DNA from: an uncultured bacterium
GTDB lineage: Bacteria; Hydrogenedentota; Hydrogenedentia; Hydrogenedentales; JAEUWI01
DNA length: 22,726 nucleotides
Direction of reading: 5' to 3'
Assembly: GCA_963977445.1 (NCBI GenBank)
Contig: CAXBPH010000094.1
Coordinates: forward strand, 1-22,726
The translations under genes and the position numbers were made by a program. Of this stretch, positions 18,079 to 22,726 are shown piece by piece (positions within the stretch are counted from its first letter, which is position 1; each line of letters begins with the position of its first letter). Under the pieces are notes generated by a model. That model was not told the DNA's origin. It worked only from the letters and a program-made list of their open reading frames with translations, and did no database searches.

Positions 18079-18417
18079 AAAACACTCCGTTTTCATCCCC
18101 GCACCCGCCCATGTGGGCCCCACAGCATACGCGGTATGAGAGTCCCGCCTACGTCATGTGGATCGTGCAATTGGTTGAAACATGCGCTGAAATACCCATA
18201 GTTGCTTTATACAGCAGGTACACCTGTGGAGAGCCTTGCCTTTCTATTCGTGAACTGGTGTGTAAATATCTAGAGTCTGTTTTTCAAATGACCCGAGACA
18301 GAACGGGAAAGGAGGCAGCGCTGTTTTGGAGGCCCAACGGCCTGAAATACATTTATCAATAATGCAGTTGTTGTATTCTTTTTATATTTAACGATCTAAA
18401 GAAAAGGAAAGAGAGTT

Positions 18418-19479
18418 ATGATTAGACGTCCTAATTCAAAGAAGGGTTTTACCCTCATTGAGCTGCTCGTAGTTATCGCCATTATTGGTATCCTTGCAGC
18501 AATCCTCCTGCCTGCTCTGGCCCGTGCCCGCGAAGCCGCGAAGCGCGCCAGCTGCCAGAACAACCTCAAGCAGTGGGGTATTGTTTTCAAGATGTTCGTT
18601 GGTGAGTCCAAAGGTGAACTCTATCCCTATCACCAGCCCTTCCTCGACGAATACCTTGAGCCTACCTCCAACATGTGGGCCCAGCAGGCCGGTCCTGCTG
18701 CCTACCAGTTGTATCCCGAATACTGCACCGACCACAACATTGGTAAGTGCCCTTCGGCCGCACAGCCTGGTGCCGTAGTTGCCGACGACGCTCCCAACTA
18801 CAATCGCCCCAGCTTCATCAATATCCTCGGCGACTACCCCAGCGGCACCTTTGCGCCGTTGGACGCTGCTGGTTTGGCTTCCTGGTGTAACAATGGCGGA
18901 CAGTGCAACGGCACGGCCCCCTATTTCGGTACCTTGCGTAACAAAGATGCAGCGGGCAACCGTTTCGTCTTCGTTACCTTCGACTACTCCTACACGAATC
19001 GTCTGATTCCTGCAGCAGCCGTTGCACATCCCCGTGACAACGCCGAGGTGGCCTACCAGCTCGTTAGTGGCGAAGGTACTGCTGTCAATACCGTCGGTAC
19101 CGACCGTAAAGATTCCGTAACCGTTAACTTGACCGGTCTCGCCACCTACAATGCTCAAGTCGATCTCCCCATCCTTCGTGATGGTATCGAACGCTTCCTC
19201 ATCACGGACATCAACAACGCAGCCGCTTCCGCGGTTGGCCAGTCTTCCCTGCCCGTACTGTGGGATAAATCCTCCATCGCTGGTGGCTATTCCCAGCAGG
19301 GCGGCGTGGTTCAGTTCAACCACGTTCCCGGTGGCTCCAACATCCTCTACATGGATGGACACGTTGCCTTCGTCAAGTACCCAGCTGACCACAGCCAGGC
19401 TACCTGGCCTGTCACCAAAGCCAGTGTCAACAAAAATGACCCCACCAACAACCCTTGGGCTGGTGACGCTGCATGGTAG
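18418..19479 (+). CDS. DUF1559-type prepilin-like protein (N-terminal cleavage/methylation motif, C-terminal H-X9-DG-type motif)
   Basis: [69 protein letters not shown] and [30 protein letters not shown]. Confidence 0.93.
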   Translation: MIRRPNSKKGFTLIELLVVIAIIGILAAILLPALARAREAAKRASCQNNLKQWGIVFKMFVGESKGELYPYHQPFLDEYLEPTSNMWAQQAGPAAYQLYPEYCTDHNIGKCPSAAQPGAVVADDAPNYNRPSFINILGDYPSGTFAPLDAAGLASWCNNGGQCNGTAPYFGTLRNKDAAGNRFVFVTFDYSYTNRLIPAAAVAHPRDNAEVAYQLVSGEGTAVNTVGTDRKDSVTVNLTGLATYNAQVDLPILRDGIERFLITDINNAAASAVGQSSLPVLWDKSSIAGGYSQQGGVVQFNHVPGGSNILYMDGHVAFVKYPADHSQATWPVTKASVNKNDPTNNPWAGDAAW

Positions 19480-19540
19480 ACCGGTAAATCCGGTTTACAA
19501 TCAGGTCTTGGCCTGAGAGTAATCAGTTAAAGTAGAGTAC

Positions 19541-19574
19541 ACGTGGAAGGTTCTTAGAACCTTCCACGTTTTTT
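19541..19574 (+). terminator. Rho-independent terminator of the prepilin-like gene
   Basis: ACGTGGAAGGTTC-TTA-GAACCTTCCACGT forms a perfect 13-bp stem followed by a T tract. Confidence 0.9.
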
Positions 19575-19593
19575 GTGCCATCGCGGGCATCGC

Positions 19594-19858
19594 GGGGACA
19601 GTTTCCGATTGCAACCCGTCGTGGTGCATTGAAATCACGTTGACAGTCAATCGGTAACTGTACCCAAAGGGCACCCCGCTTCGCCCTACCTCGACATCAA
19701 AAAACAGCCTCCACTCCTGCCACGCGATCCGACAACGTCGGTTCCTGTGAACGCATCAAAGGCGACCCGCCGCTTACGGGTAGCACGGGTACAGTTACCG
19801 ATTGACGGACGACGTGATTCCAATTCACCCCAACACCCCGCAATCGAAAACTGTCCCC
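19594..19858. repeat. REP/REPIN- or MITE-like element: two inverted 72-bp units, each bounded by an inverted repeat of about 18 bp
   Basis: Four copies of GGGKACAGTTWYCGATTG in alternating orientation at 19594-19612, 19646-19665, 19787-19806 and 19840-19858. The inner pair is a perfect 20-bp inverted repeat and the outer pair matches at 18 of 19. A 121-bp spacer separates the units. Confidence 0.85.
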
Positions 19859-19949
19859 ACATCACCGTAGAAATTTGTATTGCTCTCCCCTCCAGGAGTA
19901 TGAAATCATAGCCCTGAACACCTTCCCAACCCCCTGAGGAGCACTACCC

Positions 19950-22664
19950 ATGTTGTCCCCTATGCTGAAATTCAGTCGAACGACGATCTGCACCCTGGCC
20001 GCCGTTCTGACACCGCTCTCTTCTCAGGCCCTCGAACCTGATACCCAGGTGGAGGGCATCACGGAATTCCAACTCGACAATGGACTACAGGTCCTCCTCT
20101 TCCCCGATCCCGCTTCGTCTACCGTCACTGTCAACGTGACCTACCAGGTAGGCTCCCGTCACGAGGGTCGTGGTGAAAAAGGCATGGCTCATCTGCTGGA
20201 ACACATGGTCTTTAAAGGCACGCCCACCACGAAAAACATCTGGGGTGCCCTGGAAGATCATGGTGCCAAATTTAACGGCACCACCTGGGTCGACCGCACC
20301 AACTATTACGAAACTCTCCCGGCCACGGAAGAAAATCTTGAATTTGCCCTCGCCATGGAGGCCGACCGCATGGTAAATAGTCTCATCGCGGCCGAAGACC
20401 TTGAAAAGGAAATGACCGTCGTTCGCAATGAGTTTGAGATGGGCGAAAACAATCCCATCGGCGTACTCTTCGATCGGATGTTGTCCACCGCCTATTTATG
20501 GCACAACTACGGCTTTTCAACCATCGGCAACCGGAGCGACATCGAACGGGTGCCTGCGGCAAACCTGAAGCGCTTTTACCAGACCTATTACCAACCCGAC
20601 AACGCCATGCTGGTTGTCGCGGGTAACTTCGACCCCGAAGCGACCCTGGCCCGTATCGAAGCCCTCTTTGGGCCCATTCCCCGACCCGAGCGCACGCTGG
20701 AAGCCACCTGGACCGAAGAGCCGCCGCAAGACGGCCCCCGCTATATCAGTCTGGAGCGGGTGGGCGATGTGGCGGCCGCAGGATTGGTCTACCACATTCC
20801 CCCCGGTGCCCACGAAGACTTCGCGGCCATCCAGGTGTTGCAGGAACTGCTCACGAGCGAGCCCGCTGGCGTGGCCTACAAGGAACTCGTAGAAACCGGT
20901 AAACTGGCCGCAATTCAGGGCTATAGTTTTGCCTGGGCCGAACCGGGCGTCATGCTCTTACTCGGCCAGGTGAGCCCGGATTCGGACCCCGTTACCGTTG
21001 AGGAAACCATGCACACGGTGGTGGAAGAAAGCGGTTCGGCCGCCTTCAGCGAAGAGGAGGTAGAGCGCATCAAGACCCGCCTCTTGAAGGATATTAAGCT
21101 GAGTCTGACCAACAGCGGAAAGATTGGCGTCGAACTCAGTGAGTGGGCGGCCCTGGGCGACTGGCGTCTCTTCTTCTTACACCGGGACCGCTTGAAGGCA
21201 GTCACGGCAGCCGACGTCCAACGGGTGGCCCAGGCCTATCTGCTGGAAAGCAATCGCACCGCCGGTGTCTTCATCCCCACGGCGGAACCCCTTCGTGCCA
21301 CTATCCCCGTCGCCCCCGATGTGGTGGCGATGACGAAAGACTATGAGGGCACCGAGGAAATAGAACAGGGGGAAGCCTTCGACGCGACCCCGGAAAATAT
21401 CGATGCCCGCACTACCCGGGAGCAACTCGGCGAACACGTCAAACTTGCCCTGTTGCCCAAGAAAACCCGGGGCGAGTCGGTCCGCCTCCACGCCCGTATT
21501 CACGTGGGCGACGAAGCCTCCCTCATCGATTGGGTGGACGCCACCAGTTTTCTTCCCGATATGCTCATGCGCGGTGCCGGCGATATGGACTACCAGGCCC
21601 TGCAAGACCAGATAGACACGCTCCAATCCACCATCAGCTTCTCCGGAGGACCGGGCCTTCTCGAAGTGGACGTGGTAACGGATAAAACCAATCTCGCCGC
21701 CACCCTGGAACTCCTCACCACCATCTTGCATGCCCCTCGCTTCGACAAAAGCGAGTTTGAGATCGTACAGAAGGAAAATATTTCGGCCCTGGAAGAAGGA
21801 TTGTCCGACCCCCAGACCCTGGCCATGCGGGCCCTCTCTCGGGCAACGCGACCTTTTCCGACCTCCAGCATCCACTATGAACCCACCCAACAGGAACTGC
21901 TGGATCGGATGAAGGCCCTGACGGCGGAACAGATTAAATCATGTTACGATAAATTTTATGGTGGTGACTATGCAGAGATTGCTGCCATTGGCGACTTTGA
22001 CCCGGATGAACTCCGCGCCTCGCTGAAAAAGATGCTGGGCGGTTGGGAAACTCCCATCCCCTACACGCGCATCGCCATGCCCTTCATAGAGAACAAGAGT
22101 GGCCTGGATAATATCGATACGCCGGATAAGAAGATGGCCATCGTAACGCGCTCCACCAATTTCTCCTTAACCGAAGGGGACCCGGAATTCCCCGCCTTCG
22201 ACTTCGCCCTGTACACCCTGGGGCAAAGTGCCAAGTCGCGCCTGCTCAACAAACTCCGTCATGAAGGTGGGTTGTCCTACGGGGCAGGTGCCTTCAGTCG
22301 GGTGAGCGCCCTCGATCCTGGTGCCACTCTCGCGGGCTACGCCATCTGCGCGCCGGAGAATGCCCGAAAGGCGCTGGACGTCATGGTGGCTGAAATGGAC
22401 GGATGGATTGCCGACGGCCTCACGGATACGGAACTGGAGGAAGGCAAAGTCAGCTACATCCTGCAAATGCAAAACGATTTCGCCAACGACGCCAAAGTCG
22501 TTGGTAATCTCGCCCTGGGATTGGAGCTGGACCGCACCTTTGCCTATTACGCCGATCTCATGGCGAAAATAGAGTCGCTGGACAAGGCGTCCGTTCAGGA
22601 AGTCTTGACGTCGCTCTTCGCCGGTAAGAATTTTTACGAGACAATGGCAGGCGACATTCCCTGA
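19950..22664 (+). CDS. Exported M16 (insulinase/PqqL-like) zinc protease, two-half architecture
   Basis: Signal peptide, LDNGLQV, VGSRHE, inverted zinc motif GMAHLLEHMVFKGT, NGTTWVDRTNYYE, VVRNE, YYQPDNA and C-half SRLLNKLRHEGGLSYG. GAGGAG RBS. Confidence 0.94.
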   Translation: MLSPMLKFSRTTICTLAAVLTPLSSQALEPDTQVEGITEFQLDNGLQVLLFPDPASSTVTVNVTYQVGSRHEGRGEKGMAHLLEHMVFKGTPTTKNIWGALEDHGAKFNGTTWVDRTNYYETLPATEENLEFALAMEADRMVNSLIAAEDLEKEMTVVRNEFEMGENNPIGVLFDRMLSTAYLWHNYGFSTIGNRSDIERVPAANLKRFYQTYYQPDNAMLVVAGNFDPEATLARIEALFGPIPRPERTLEATWTEEPPQDGPRYISLERVGDVAAAGLVYHIPPGAHEDFAAIQVLQELLTSEPAGVAYKELVETGKLAAIQGYSFAWAEPGVMLLLGQVSPDSDPVTVEETMHTVVEESGSAAFSEEEVERIKTRLLKDIKLSLTNSGKIGVELSEWAALGDWRLFFLHRDRLKAVTAADVQRVAQAYLLESNRTAGVFIPTAEPLRATIPVAPDVVAMTKDYEGTEEIEQGEAFDATPENIDARTTREQLGEHVKLALLPKKTRGESVRLHARIHVGDEASLIDWVDATSFLPDMLMRGAGDMDYQALQDQIDTLQSTISFSGGPGLLEVDVVTDKTNLAATLELLTTILHAPRFDKSEFEIVQKENISALEEGLSDPQTLAMRALSRATRPFPTSSIHYEPTQQELLDRMKALTAEQIKSCYDKFYGGDYAEIAAIGDFDPDELRASLKKMLGGWETPIPYTRIAMPFIENKSGLDNIDTPDKKMAIVTRSTNFSLTEGDPEFPAFDFALYTLGQSAKSRLLNKLRHEGGLSYGAGAFSRVSALDPGATLAGYAICAPENARKALDVMVAEMDGWIADGLTDTELEEGKVSYILQMQNDFANDAKVVGNLALGLELDRTFAYYADLMAKIESLDKASVQEVLTSLFAGKNFYETMAGDIP

Positions 22665-22681
22665 ACATCTCAAACGAAACG

Positions 22682-22720
22682 CGGCGGGCCCAATTACACG
22701 GGCCCGCCGAAATATTTTTA
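22682..22720 (+). terminator. Probable intrinsic (possibly bidirectional) terminator after the M16 protease
   Basis: CGGCGGGCCC-AATTACAC-GGGCCCGCCG forms a perfect 10-bp GC stem followed by an AT/T-rich tract. The T run is offset by a few bases. Confidence 0.7.
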
Positions 22721-22726
22721 TTTCTT

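Noticed and set aside
17943..18362. 139-aa ORF in the murC-prepilin intergenic region
   Set aside because: Its ATG lies inside the -35/-10 spacer of the predicted promoter, it has no RBS, and its composition is atypical. It is treated as non-coding, though a small peptide cannot be excluded.
17965..18417. c-di-GMP or other known riboswitch upstream of the prepilin-like gene
   Set aside because: I could not locate the conserved cores of known classes by eye. It is kept only as an unclassified structured leader.
19594..19858. Possible mini CRISPR array (repeats separated by 33-bp segments)
   Set aside because: The repeats alternate in orientation, the two 33-bp segments are homologous to each other, and no cas genes are present.

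Overview
Bacterial chromosomal window of moderately high GC. It is probably Candidatus Hydrogenedentota or another lineage rich in DUF1559 genes, inferred only from the prepilin motif set. From left to right it holds: the 5' end of an enoyl-CoA hydratase; a block of mostly exported hydrolases (SGNH/GxDLY esterase, two alpha/beta hydrolases, aminopeptidase N); an orphan cytoplasmic hybrid histidine kinase; a minus-strand run of an unusual alpha/beta hydrolase, an HGSNAT-like membrane protein and a PA0069-type radical SAM; a compact murC-ftsQ-ftsZ-pilT/U operon; a divergent DUF1559 prepilin-like gene; a four-repeat REP/MITE-like palindromic element; and an M16 zinc protease. The most notable observations are: (1) a perfect NrdR-box-like palindrome next to the murC ribosome-binding site; (2) a PilT/PilU ATPase whose start codon overlaps the ftsZ stop, in a division operon lacking ftsA; (3) a roughly 450-nt structured leader and high-expression codon bias for the divergent prepilin-like gene; (4) a nested inverted-repeat element at 19594-19858. 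No rRNA, tRNA, CRISPR array or transposase was found. All family assignments come from motif recognition, not database searches.
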